64,000 nucleotides of DNA from a virus (Duplodnaviria; Caudoviricetes). Location of the stretch: IMG/VR virus record IMGVR_UViG_3300013121_000046; one strand, written 5' to 3'. Made by a program: the position numbers and the translations under genes. Of the stretch, positions 37,118-45,336 are shown piece after piece; positions within the stretch are counted from its first letter, which is position 1, and each line of letters begins with the position of its first letter. A model generated the notes under the pieces. It searched no databases and was not told where the DNA came from. It was given only the letters and a program-made list of their open reading frames with translations.

Positions 37118-37966
37118 CTACGGAGTATGGATGGCTCGAAACATAGGTCGAGTAGGCAGATTCTTCAAAATGGCCAATCCAGCCCTTTCTTGAGCAATAT
37201 CAACGTATTCACGGACGATATCAGCACCAGCCGCCCTCCGATTATGAAGCAAAGCCGCACAGAGGGCAGAGCCTACCCCCATATAAGGATCTAGAAGAAG
37301 TTCCCCGGGCCTAGTCATGGATAGTACTAATCTCTCGACAAGCTCTACCGGAAACTGGCATGGATGCTCTGTTTTCTCTATGTGATTATGCTTCACATTA
37401 GGAATGATCCAAACATCCCCAGGGTTCTTGCCCAATGGGTTGCAAGATAGTTCCCCCTTCCGAGGACCTTTGAAATACTTCTTACCTGGATACTTCTGAG
37501 GAACCCTTACAGGGTCTAAGTTAAAATAATACGAGTCAGACTTGGTAAACCAGAGAATAGTTTCGTACCTTCCAGAGAATCTCTTTGCGCAATGTAAGCC
37601 GTGTTCAAAATGCCACACTATCCGATTCCTAAGCTTCATACCCATATTATGTATGATCGGATGGAGGGCTATATCTAAAGGCAATATCTCACCCTTTGAA
37701 ACTAACATATTTCCTACTTGCCAGCATAAGTGTCCCGTGGGTGATAAAACCCTAACACATTCCCTTAAAACATCTGTTTGACGACGTAGGTACTCGCTCA
37801 AGTCAGAAACCACCTCATACCTTTTTCCTAAATTATAGGGCGGTGAAGTAACCACTAACTGAACTTCATTATCCGGTATATCCTTTAACAGGTCTAAACC
37901 CTCGCCAAAATGTAGATTAACTTTGGCCTCCCTAACATACTTCCTTGCTGCTTCTTCTTGTGACAT
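37118..37966 (-). CDS. orphan site-specific DNA methyltransferase (beta-class N4-C/N6-A, SPPY)
   Basis: VVTSPPYN (motif IV) precedes HPCQFP and LLDPYMGVGS (motif I); GGAGAGG RBS. Confidence 0.92.
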   Translation of the reverse strand: MSQEEAARKYVREAKVNLHFGEGLDLLKDIPDNEVQLVVTSPPYNLGKRYEVVSDLSEYLRRQTDVLRECVRVLSPTGHLCWQVGNMLVSKGEILPLDIALHPIIHNMGMKLRNRIVWHFEHGLHCAKRFSGRYETILWFTKSDSYYFNLDPVRVPQKYPGKKYFKGPRKGELSCNPLGKNPGDVWIIPNVKHNHIEKTEHPCQFPVELVERLVLSMTRPGELLLDPYMGVGSALCAALLHNRRAAGADIVREYVDIAQERAGLAILKNLPTRPMFRAIHTP

Positions 37967-38124
37967 ATCTAAACCTCTCCCGTATGATCGCTGACAGTAG
38001 GAAATGTACATTGCCCCTGGAGAGTGTTCCCTTTTCCAAGAGGGTCAACCCTCGACAAGTCAAAAAATATATATATTCTGCTCCGGATCCTCGCTAGTTA
38101 CACCCCAGAAGACTAACCTGCGAT

Positions 38125-38463
38125 CTACGTATTGTAGGCTCTGAGAATAAGCCAAAGTCTTCTTAATGTATTTACTAACGAATCTCTGTAGGTCCTTCTT
38201 GGGGTACAGCATAAATGTTTCAGACTCTCCTGATCCAAAGGTACAAGCCCTGATAACATAGAAGCATCACCTTGATCGTACAACCAAATTCTCCAGGGCT
38301 TAAGAATATACTCTGGATGATAGTATATTAACGTGTGTCTTGATTTATTAGGTACAAAACAAAAATAGTAAAGAGCACTAGACGCATCCCCCCTATAAAG
38401 GCCACAATGACCAAACATCTTCGCCATTAAATTCAAAATATCTTTCGGGGGATAATATCGCAT
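38125..38463 (-). CDS. YS-DL family small protein
   Basis: YYPPKDILNLMAKM. Confidence 0.75.
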   Translation of the reverse strand: MRYYPPKDILNLMAKMFGHCGLYRGDASSALYYFCFVPNKSRHTLIYYHPEYILKPWRIWLYDQGDASMLSGLVPLDQESLKHLCCTPRRTYRDSLVNTLRRLWLILRAYNT

Positions 38464-38487
38464 TTCTCTTATTGGCACTTAAAAATA

Positions 38488-38727
38488 CTAAACCAAAAAC
38501 CAAATAAGCCTTTCAGAGGTCTTTCCGACTCCCAAATCCGGCGACTCTTTGTATCCCCAAACAATGCGGAAGAAAGACCCCTTACACTCACCGAATACAG
38601 TAGCCGTAGCAGTAAACACTAATTTTAACGTTGGCGGTAATGCAAACGGATAGCTCTTAAAATTAGTCAAAGACATTCCAAAGTACTTACTTACAAGCAA
38701 TTTTACATCTTCACTTTGGTAGAACAT
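38488..38727 (-). CDS. YS-DL family small protein
   Basis: MFYQSEDVKLLVSKY. Confidence 0.75.
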   Translation of the reverse strand: MFYQSEDVKLLVSKYFGMSLTNFKSYPFALPPTLKLVFTATATVFGECKGSFFRIVWGYKESPDLGVGKTSERLIWFLV

Positions 38728-38987
38728 AAGTACCCCAGAATGCTGCCACTCAAAACCTCAAATTCTTTCAGACCTTCCCCTCCCAGTCTAGTATACCACA
38801 ACCCATCCTCGGCTTTTATTAGTTTATCCAAACCTGGCAATTGATATAAAAAAATGGTCTGCCTACTCTGCACCGTAAAATAACACATAATCGCAAAATT
38901 ATCAAATTTCGGAGCACCCCTCTCTACCTGATAGCCTAAAAGTTTCTCAAGCAATTGCCTAATAATTTTTGGTGGGAAGTATTTCAT
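38703..38987 (-). CDS. YS-DL family small protein
   Basis: KYFPPKIIRQLLEKL. Confidence 0.75.
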   Translation of the reverse strand: MKYFPPKIIRQLLEKLLGYQVERGAPKFDNFAIMCYFTVQSRQTIFLYQLPGLDKLIKAEDGLWYTRLGGEGLKEFEVLSGSILGYLCSTKVKM

Positions 38988-39244
38988 ATGGGGTACTGCA
39001 AAACAGGAGAGTCGATTAATGGTCCCGAATATCGCAGCTTTCTCCTAAGATATACCTTAGCAAAATATGTGGTGCTAATAACTACTCCCTGTTGCTTAGG
39101 TAATTTATAAAATACATTACCCCAGTAGACATACGGCTCACACTGCTCATCCTGAAGCGTAATGTAATTCCCCTTTTGCTTCAAGCACAAAAGGGGAGCC
39201 CAAAGTTTACTCGTAAGCCTAAAAACATCTTCTAAAGAGTACAT
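38984..39244 (-). CDS. YS-DL family, recent tandem copy 1
   Basis: MYSLEDVFRLTSKLWAPL. Confidence 0.85.
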   Translation of the reverse strand: MYSLEDVFRLTSKLWAPLLCLKQKGNYITLQDEQCEPYVYWGNVFYKLPKQQGVVISTTYFAKVYLRRKLRYSGPLIDSPVLQYPI

Positions 39245-39368
39245 CTCACCAAACCCGAGAAGGTTTACCTAATCTAGTATTACTCTTTTTAATAGCACTA
39301 GAAGCTCGCCAAATCTGTATCGCCTCTCTATTCCAAGCAGTAGGTTTTAGTTCTTTAGCTGTGCTGCT

Positions 39369-39644
39369 TCATAGAGGGTACCGCAAAACAGGAGAGAAGG
39401 TTGATGATCCCTGATCGTGCAGCTTTTCCCTAAGTTTGATTCTAGCCCAAAGTGAGACACCCATAACTAAATTAATACTATTCTGTCTCCCCTTAAAACA
39501 CCTAGAAGGGAAGTAAAAGATATTACCGCAGTAGCGACCCAGATCATCCTGAAGCCTAATATTACCTGTCATATTCCTCTTTGAACACAAAATGGGAGCC
39601 CAAAGTTTACCTGTAAGCCTAAGAAGATCTTCTGAAGAGTACAT
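39369..39644 (-). CDS. YS-DL family, recent tandem copy 2
   Basis: MYSSEDLLRLTGKLWAPI. Confidence 0.85.
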   Translation of the reverse strand: MYSSEDLLRLTGKLWAPILCSKRNMTGNIRLQDDLGRYCGNIFYFPSRCFKGRQNSINLVMGVSLWARIKLREKLHDQGSSTFSPVLRYPL

Positions 39645-39750
39645 CTCACCAAACCCGAGAGGGCCTACCTAATCTAAACTACGAAGGGTTGATTGCAATC
39701 TCCGCCTCTCTATTCCAAGCAGTAGGTTTCAGTTCTTTAGCTGTGCTGCT

Positions 39751-40026
39751 TCATAGAGGGTACTGCAAAACAGGAGAGAAAGTTGATGACCCCTGATCGT
39801 GCAGCTTGTCCCTAAGATATAGCCTAGCCGAAAATGAGACACCCATAACTAAATTAATACTATTCGGTCTCCTCTTAAAACACCTAGAAGGGACGTAAAA
39901 GATATTACCGCAGTAGCCACCCCGCTCATCCTGAAGCCTAATATTACCTGTCGTACTCCTCCTTGAGCACACAAGAGGAGCCCAAAGTTTACTCGTAAGC
40001 CTAAGAATATCTTCTGGAGAGTACAT
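39751..40026 (-). CDS. YS-DL family, recent tandem copy 3
   Basis: MYSPEDILRLTSKLWAPL. Confidence 0.85.
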   Translation of the reverse strand: MYSPEDILRLTSKLWAPLVCSRRSTTGNIRLQDERGGYCGNIFYVPSRCFKRRPNSINLVMGVSFSARLYLRDKLHDQGSSTFSPVLQYPL

Positions 40027-40134
40027 ATCACCAAACCCGAGAGGGTCTACCTAATCTACTAACTACGAAGGGTTAATTGCAATCTCCGTCTCTCTATTCC
40101 AAGCAGTAGATTTCAGTTCTTTAGCTGTGCTGCT

Positions 40135-40386
40135 TCATATAGGGTACTGCAAAACAGGAGAGAAAGTTGATGACCCCTGCTTTCGCAGCTTTTCCCTAAG
40201 ATATGTCCTAGCCAAATATGTGGTTTTAATAACTACTCCCCATTGCCCAGGTATTATATAATATACATCACCGCAATAGCCACCCCGCTCATCCTGAAGC
40301 ATAATGTAATTATCCTTTTGCTTCAAGCACACAAGAGGAGCCCAAAGTTTACCCGTAAGCCTAATAATATCTTCTGAAGAGTACAT
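40135..40386 (-). CDS. YS-DL family, recent tandem copy 4 (mosaic)
   Basis: MYSSEDIIRLTGKLWAPL. Confidence 0.85.
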   Translation of the reverse strand: MYSSEDIIRLTGKLWAPLVCLKQKDNYIMLQDERGGYCGDVYYIIPGQWGVVIKTTYLARTYLREKLRKQGSSTFSPVLQYPI

Positions 40387-40492
40387 CTCACCAAACCCGA
40401 GAGGACCTACCTAATCTAAACTACGAAGGGCTAATTGCAATCTCCGTCTCTCTATTCCAAGCAGTAGATTTCAGTTCTTTAGCTGCGCTGCT

Positions 40493-40753
40493 TCATATGG
40501 GGTACTGCAAAACAGGAGGGTCGGTTAATGATCCCGAATCTCGCAGCTTTCTCCTAAGATATGCCTTAGCCGAATATGTGGTGCTAATAACTACTCCATG
40601 TTGCCCAGGTAATATAAAAGATACATTACCCCAGTAGCCATACTGCTCACCCCACTTACCCTGAAGCCTAATGCAATTCTTACTTTGCTTCAAGCACACA
40701 AGAGGAGCCCAAAGTTTACCCGTAAGCCTAAGAAGATCTTCTGGAGAGTACAT
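40493..40753 (-). CDS. YS-DL family, recent tandem copy 5
   Basis: MYSPEDLLRLTGKLWAPL. Confidence 0.85.
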   Translation of the reverse strand: MYSPEDLLRLTGKLWAPLVCLKQSKNCIRLQGKWGEQYGYWGNVSFILPGQHGVVISTTYSAKAYLRRKLRDSGSLTDPPVLQYPI

Positions 40754-40754
40754 C

Positions 40755-41015
40755 TCACCAAACCCGAGAGGGTCTACCTAATCTAGTATTACTCTTTTTA
40801 ATCGCACTAGAAGCTCGCCAAATCTGTATCGCCTCTCGATTCCTTCTCCCTAAAATTTTATTTACGTAGGTAACCTGCTCATCCACCCGACCCCAAGTCA
40901 AAATCCCAAATTGGGTTCGTACTTGATAAATATCTTCCAACGTAATGTGCATCCAAACATCCATTCCAAATAATCTCTCAACGAGCGATGCTAAATTCTC
41001 CTTAGAGTAAAACAT
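40755..41015 (-). CDS. YS-DL family small protein
   Basis: MFYSKENLASLVERL. Confidence 0.75.
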   Translation of the reverse strand: MFYSKENLASLVERLFGMDVWMHITLEDIYQVRTQFGILTWGRVDEQVTYVNKILGRRNREAIQIWRASSAIKKSNTRLGRPSRVW

Positions 41016-41028
41016 CTCAAGCCTCTAT

Positions 41029-41307
41029 CTATCTGCGAGGGGATATCTTAAACTTACCGTTAGAGTACTTGAGTCTGAATTCCATGTTGAGAAAATATGC
41101 GGAATTTACGGGAACTCCCAGGGGGCGAATCGCAATCTCCACCTCTCTATTCCCGGCAGCAGATTTCAGTTCACTAGTAGCAGATAGCCTGAAATAGAAA
41201 TCATTTCTAAAATGCACTACAAAAGTCGGCTCATCCAATTCCCAATCTATCTCGGGGAAGAGTTTGGTAGCCAACTGCACCAGAGATATTAGCGAGTAAC
41301 CTACCAT
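41029..41307 (-). CDS. YS-DL family small protein
   Basis: GYSLISLVQLATKL. Confidence 0.75.
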   Translation of the reverse strand: MVGYSLISLVQLATKLFPEIDWELDEPTFVVHFRNDFYFRLSATSELKSAAGNREVEIAIRPLGVPVNSAYFLNMEFRLKYSNGKFKISPRR

Positions 41308-41394
41308 CCATCCTCCCAGCTAGTTTATTTAGCTGAGTACATAGATACTACCTCTGAGGGGGGGGTAACATCCCGGGCCCTTCGGCTATACAGA

Positions 41395-41406
41395 TATACC
41401 CTAAAA
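41395..41406 (-). promoter_or_regulatory. promoter motif TTTTAGGGTATA
   Basis: Motif copy inside the YS-DL array. Confidence 0.6.
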
Positions 41407-41449
41407 TAGTCGGAGAGGCGTCTAGATAATACCAGAAATAGGTATACGC

Positions 41450-41752
41450 CTACAGAGCATCCAAACGGGGAACATCCTGGGAGATCCCGCCCCCGAAATA
41501 GATTTTCCCACCAAAGAGAAGTATGTCAGAGAGCTTTCGCTTAGAGAAATCCCCTGGAGTCACTTCCCAGGTCGCCTGAGACCATTGGTATTGAAATCCA
41601 TTAGAGAATACCTGGTCCCCTCGGTAGCGGATAAAGCAAAGCCGATACTGATAGCCCTCCCTGTAGCTCGCTACCAACCAATCAACGTGCGGGTGTAAAA
41701 TCCGCATAAGTCTAATTAGATCAGAAAAGTTAAACCTCTGAAGAATTCCCAT
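41450..41752 (-). CDS. YS-DL family small protein
   Basis: RFNFSDLIRLMRIL. Confidence 0.7.
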   Translation of the reverse strand: MGILQRFNFSDLIRLMRILHPHVDWLVASYREGYQYRLCFIRYRGDQVFSNGFQYQWSQATWEVTPGDFSKRKLSDILLFGGKIYFGGGISQDVPRLDAL

Positions 41753-41786
41753 TAGGGGGTACCTGTCGGATACGCTGTTCCCAGGA

Positions 41787-42128
41787 TCAGCCTACTACTA
41801 GAGGCGACTCTTGACTAACTATACCCCTACCCATAAAGAGTCTTCCCTGGAATCTTGGAAAGGACTCCATTAACCCGATACGAAGAAACTGGAATCTTGG
41901 CGAGGACTCCATTAACCCGATACGAAGAGAAGAGAGATTCTTAGGTTCTACTTTTTCACACAACTGGTCAAATAACAGGTCTGCATCCAAGGGGTGCATG
42001 TTCCGATCTGCCTTTAGCAGCAGATACCCAGGGGAATTCTTATCGTACACAGCACACCAATCCCGTGAATCAGTTAACTTATTACACAAGTTAATCAGTG
42101 TGTCAAAATTATATCGAGTATAGGGCAT
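41787..42128 (-). CDS. YS-DL family small protein with internal 14-aa duplication
   Basis: TRYNFDTLINLCNKL; LRIGLMES(S/F)PRFQ occurs twice. Confidence 0.75.
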   Translation of the reverse strand: MPYTRYNFDTLINLCNKLTDSRDWCAVYDKNSPGYLLLKADRNMHPLDADLLFDQLCEKVEPKNLSSLRIGLMESSPRFQFLRIGLMESFPRFQGRLFMGRGIVSQESPLVVG

Positions 42129-42379
42129 TATACCGGTACAAAATTTGAATCGCTACCAACTGCGGGTCGAATAAAGACGCGATAATAGAAAATTAAATAA
42201 GCATTGATGAGTCTCTCATATCTCAGAACGTGAGTCCCCTCCCCTTGTGATACAAAAAATGTAGCCTGGGGATCGGCTAGGCGGAGTAGGAAATCAAAAA
42301 ATGTACTCTGTAATTTCTCCCTGGGGACTGAAAGCAAAGCATCAGCAAGTGGGTACAAGTCCTTTCGTTCATAGAGCAT
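42128..42379 (-). CDS. YS-DL family small protein
   Basis: MLYERKDLYPLADAL. Confidence 0.7.
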   Translation of the reverse strand: MLYERKDLYPLADALLSVPREKLQSTFFDFLLRLADPQATFFVSQGEGTHVLRYERLINAYLIFYYRVFIRPAVGSDSNFVPV

Positions 42380-42390
42380 GTTGATATTCC

Positions 42391-42735
42391 CTACTTCCAA
42401 AAGTCGGCCCAGAATTTTCTAAACTTACCTTTAGGGGAAGAGCATGACAAACGCTCAATCCCTGCCCCGTCTAAAAAGCTTGAGCATACCAAACCCTCAA
42501 TCCCTGCCCAATCCAAATCCAAAAAGCTTGGGCAGGGACCATTGGCCCACACCCTGAAAGATAACTGCCAAACTCTGTGTTTATATCTTTCATAAGACAC
42601 CCATCGCCAACTACGCCCGTAGCGCCCGACATAAATAAAGGAGTCTGCTTCCTCAGGTTCCAACCTATTAGGTTTTGGATTAGGGCAAAGCTTGAAGAAG
42701 AGGTTAACAATATCCTTTCTAGGGTAGTAGATCAT
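42391..42735 (-). CDS. YS-DL family small protein
   Basis: YYPRKDIVNLFFKLCP. Confidence 0.8.
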   Translation of the reverse strand: MIYYPRKDIVNLFFKLCPNPKPNRLEPEEADSFIYVGRYGRSWRWVSYERYKHRVWQLSFRVWANGPCPSFLDLDWAGIEGLVCSSFLDGAGIERLSCSSPKGKFRKFWADFWK

Positions 42736-42738
42736 ATC

Positions 42739-43101
42739 CTACTTTCTGATAGCCCTTTTGTGTTCTCTTCGGCTCCAAACAACTTTACGCATTGTCCGCA
42801 TCTCCTCAGATGTGTGATTCAAGTATAGTACCCCTAAGGAATCAAAGAACAAATTGACGCCTATGCCCGGACTCCTCTTATAGTCTGGACAAATTCTCCA
42901 AGTATGTGGCCTAAAACCCCCATAGAAAAACCACTTCATATATCCTAAAGGATAGTAAGGCGATCCATGTTTACGGATGTAGGTACTGAGATAATCCTGC
43001 ATATCATTATCAAACTTAAGGGCCTCCGGACCCTCCCAATAAGGATCCGGACAAAGTTTGAAGAAGAAACTAACGATATCTTTCTTAGAGTAGTGACCCA
43101 T
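42739..43101 (-). CDS. YS-DL family small protein
   Basis: HYSKKDIVSFFFKLCP. Confidence 0.8.
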   Translation of the reverse strand: MGHYSKKDIVSFFFKLCPDPYWEGPEALKFDNDMQDYLSTYIRKHGSPYYPLGYMKWFFYGGFRPHTWRICPDYKRSPGIGVNLFFDSLGVLYLNHTSEEMRTMRKVVWSRREHKRAIRK

Positions 43102-43104
43102 GAC

Positions 43105-43500
43105 TTACTTTATTTCTACTCCTGACATTTTAATAAAGGGGAACCTCGACCATTCCCCGTACTTCTTCCAAATCAAGGAATTCAATACCCAATCAGGGAT
43201 TGTATTCCAGGCCTCTTCTGTCGCCCTAAGAATCTCCCACCTAACAATCGTAGACAAATTACCATTAGCCAAAGGAGCCGGGGCAACTCGATATTCCAAA
43301 CAACAGGATGACCGGCCGTCCTCATTTACCAAAGAGGGTAAACCTAAAATAACACTTCCCGCATCCAACAAGGCCTTTCTATTAAAATAAAATGTTGTTC
43401 CACAGTTGGTCCAGCCTGTTGAAGTACCTGCTATAGTAGGATGCCAAGAGCCACCTAAGCACCCTCTAAGTAACGTTAACACGTCCGAGATTGAATACAC
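43105..43500 (-). CDS. YS-DL family small protein
   Basis: MYSISDVLTLLRGC...PDWVLNSL. Confidence 0.8.
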   Translation of the reverse strand: MYSISDVLTLLRGCLGGSWHPTIAGTSTGWTNCGTTFYFNRKALLDAGSVILGLPSLVNEDGRSSCCLEYRVAPAPLANGNLSTIVRWEILRATEEAWNTIPDWVLNSLIWKKYGEWSRFPFIKMSGVEIK

Positions 43501-43562
43501 TACTAATCCCTTTTATTTTCAGGATACCTTAACCTGTATCTTAACTTTATACTGAAAGAGGT

Positions 43563-43844
43563 CTACGACTTCAAACTTTTAAGTACCCAATCTGGTATAT
43601 GGTTAAACAACCCTTTGTAATGATACATAATGCCCCATACCCTAGATGGGCCTAATAAACAAAGCCCTAAGCCCGCGAGAAGCTGCCCCTGCCTTTCAAC
43701 CCCCGAAACAATCTGCCTATCACCCAAATAAAGCCTTCCCAGGTCATCCGCACTCCACTCACAAAGAACCACTCCTCGATTACATGCCGCTCGCATCTTG
43801 TGAAAGAGCCTCTGTAGGTCTCTACCAGAATAGAAAGAACTCAT
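43563..43844 (-). CDS. YS-DL family small protein
   Basis: FYSGRDLQRLFHKM...PDWVLKSL. Confidence 0.8.
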   Translation of the reverse strand: MSSFYSGRDLQRLFHKMRAACNRGVVLCEWSADDLGRLYLGDRQIVSGVERQGQLLAGLGLCLLGPSRVWGIMYHYKGLFNHIPDWVLKSLKS

Positions 43845-44008
43845 GGAACAACCCGTAATAATTATTTCCTAAACTACTTGAGGCATAAAAACCAAGGCCC
43901 TAAAAATTTTTCACCTACCCCAATAAGAGGTATAGGCAAGCCTAAATAGGCCAGATTAAGCCAAAAGTAGGCTTCTTTTAAGCTCCTATATATACACTCA
44001 TCGGAGTC

Positions 44009-44524
44009 TTAATAAATCGCCCAAACAACCATCCTCACTAGGTAATCTAGCTTGGGTGATTTACTCTGTATCTCCGAAAGATTCTCAATCTCTACACCGG
44101 ACTCAAATATCATATCCCTGCAAACCCGGTCAAAAACTAATTTTCTATTACCCCCCGGCATGAAGAGAAAATAGACTCGATATGTAATATTAAGTTTCCC
44201 CTCTGTGTATAACCAAAAGGAATCCCCCAGATAGAGCAAAATCATCTTAGTCCGTTCAGGACTACTAATATCCTTACTTAATAGCACCGGAATTGATACC
44301 TTTCTCCATACCAAACCATCTCCCAATTTATTAACCAGGGCCTGAAAATCCTTCGGATGATACTTAGCTCGTTTGGGTAGGAAATACTTGATCTTCACCT
44401 TAAAAAACACATAAGAACAGATCAAAATCAAGAAGATCAGGCATAAACCGCAAAGAAATGATCCTAAGAAAATTACGGAGACTTCCCCGAGAATATCGAG
44501 AAAATCATTCCCATAGTTAGCCAT
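44009..44524 (-). CDS. membrane-anchored YS-DL family protein
   Basis: N-terminal TM helix, then KYHPKDFQALVNKL. Confidence 0.7.
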   Translation of the reverse strand: MANYGNDFLDILGEVSVIFLGSFLCGLCLIFLILICSYVFFKVKIKYFLPKRAKYHPKDFQALVNKLGDGLVWRKVSIPVLLSKDISSPERTKMILLYLGDSFWLYTEGKLNITYRVYFLFMPGGNRKLVFDRVCRDMIFESGVEIENLSEIQSKSPKLDYLVRMVVWAIY

Positions 44525-44963
44525 GATTCACCAGGGCTATTGGTAGGGTACCAAGGATTCGGGATACTGACCCCAAAGGGCCGGTCAGCTTATCGCCCAT
44601 AAAAATTGGGTATCTGACCGAATTATTTACTATGTGGTTTCCGGAGAATTTAGGATAATCATATTCATGGGATTTTAACATCAACCCCGCCATAAGCCAA
44701 ACTGTAAGCTGAGTCTTACGGATAAAAGTAGACTGCATCCCGACCTCTACAAGTGTGTTCCCGTAAATCACTAAGGGCTCCATTAGGAGAGTATTAAATG
44801 GCTCTGAGCAGCAGTCCGAACCCCTTTTTATACTATCCCCCAACAAATAGTAAGCTTCTGCATTACGCCAACCACACCGCCAAGAATACTTTGGCAGCAG
44901 CTTAGAGATTAGCTGTATTTGGTCTTGAGTGGAGTACTTAATTACTGAAGTACATTGCGCCAT
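44517..44963 (-). CDS. YS-DL family protein
   Basis: IKYSTQDQIQLISKL. Confidence 0.75.
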   Translation of the reverse strand: MAQCTSVIKYSTQDQIQLISKLLPKYSWRCGWRNAEAYYLLGDSIKRGSDCCSEPFNTLLMEPLVIYGNTLVEVGMQSTFIRKTQLTVWLMAGLMLKSHEYDYPKFSGNHIVNNSVRYPIFMGDKLTGPLGSVSRILGTLPIALVNHG

Positions 44964-45252
44964 TTTTTATCCCTATCTTCCCAAGCTCACCTAAATCCTT
45001 ACTGCGTACATCTGCAAAATTATGTGAGTACCAAACTTGCCGACACCCCCGCCACTCAAACCCATGAATATTATTTTCATTTTTCGGATTAAGCTGATTC
45101 GTGTATACCAAAAGGACAATCCTAGACGAAAAAGATGTATGCCGGAAACACCCTCTAGTAAAAGAACAGTCGTCCTCAACTACCGCCCACTCATATCTCG
45201 GCCACAATTTATTCAAAAGTTCAAGCCGAGTCTTCACTGTATAGAATCGCAT
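44938..45252 (-). CDS. YS-DL family small protein (first gene of the array)
   Basis: RFYTVKTRLELLNKL; ATG lies 5 nt after the TATACA hexamer. Confidence 0.75.
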   Translation of the reverse strand: MRFYTVKTRLELLNKLWPRYEWAVVEDDCSFTRGCFRHTSFSSRIVLLVYTNQLNPKNENNIHGFEWRGCRQVWYSHNFADVRSKDLGELGKIGIKNGAMYFSN

Positions 45253-45259
45253 ATACCTG

Positions 45260-45271
45260 TATACCCTAAAA
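45260..45271 (-). promoter_or_regulatory. promoter motif TTTTAGGGTATA heading the YS-DL array
   Basis: Motif fused to the terminator T-tract. Confidence 0.7.
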
Positions 45272-45313
45272 AATAAAGGCAGTCCCCCACAATTCAGGGG
45301 GACTGCCTTTATT
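45272..45313 (-). terminator. intrinsic terminator
   Basis: 17-bp IR AATAAAGGCAGTCCCCC / GGGGGACTGCCTTTATT followed by a T-run. Confidence 0.8.
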
Positions 45314-45336
45314 CTGATTCCACGGGCTTACCAACC

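Larger units (their letters stand above)
38984..40840. repeat. five tandem ~360-400-bp repeats, each carrying one YS-DL gene
   Basis: GGAGCCCAAAGTTTAC and GTACAT(C/A)TCACCAAACCCGAGA recur in each unit. Confidence 0.95.

Noticed and set aside
38984-40840. Diversity-generating retroelement producing the variant copies (also considered for 9064-12179)
   Set aside because: Differences are not adenine-specific and include indels, and no reverse transcriptase or TR/VR pair is visible in the window.
18316-45252. Stop-codon reassignment (TAG/TGA read-through) as the cause of the many short ORFs
   Set aside because: Each short ORF has its own start plus family motif, successive ORFs change frame and overlap, all three stop codons end genes, and long conserved genes are intact in code 11.
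24055-45252. Integron cassette array
   Set aside because: No attC-like palindromes or integrase were seen, and many genes overlap, leaving no room for recombination sites.
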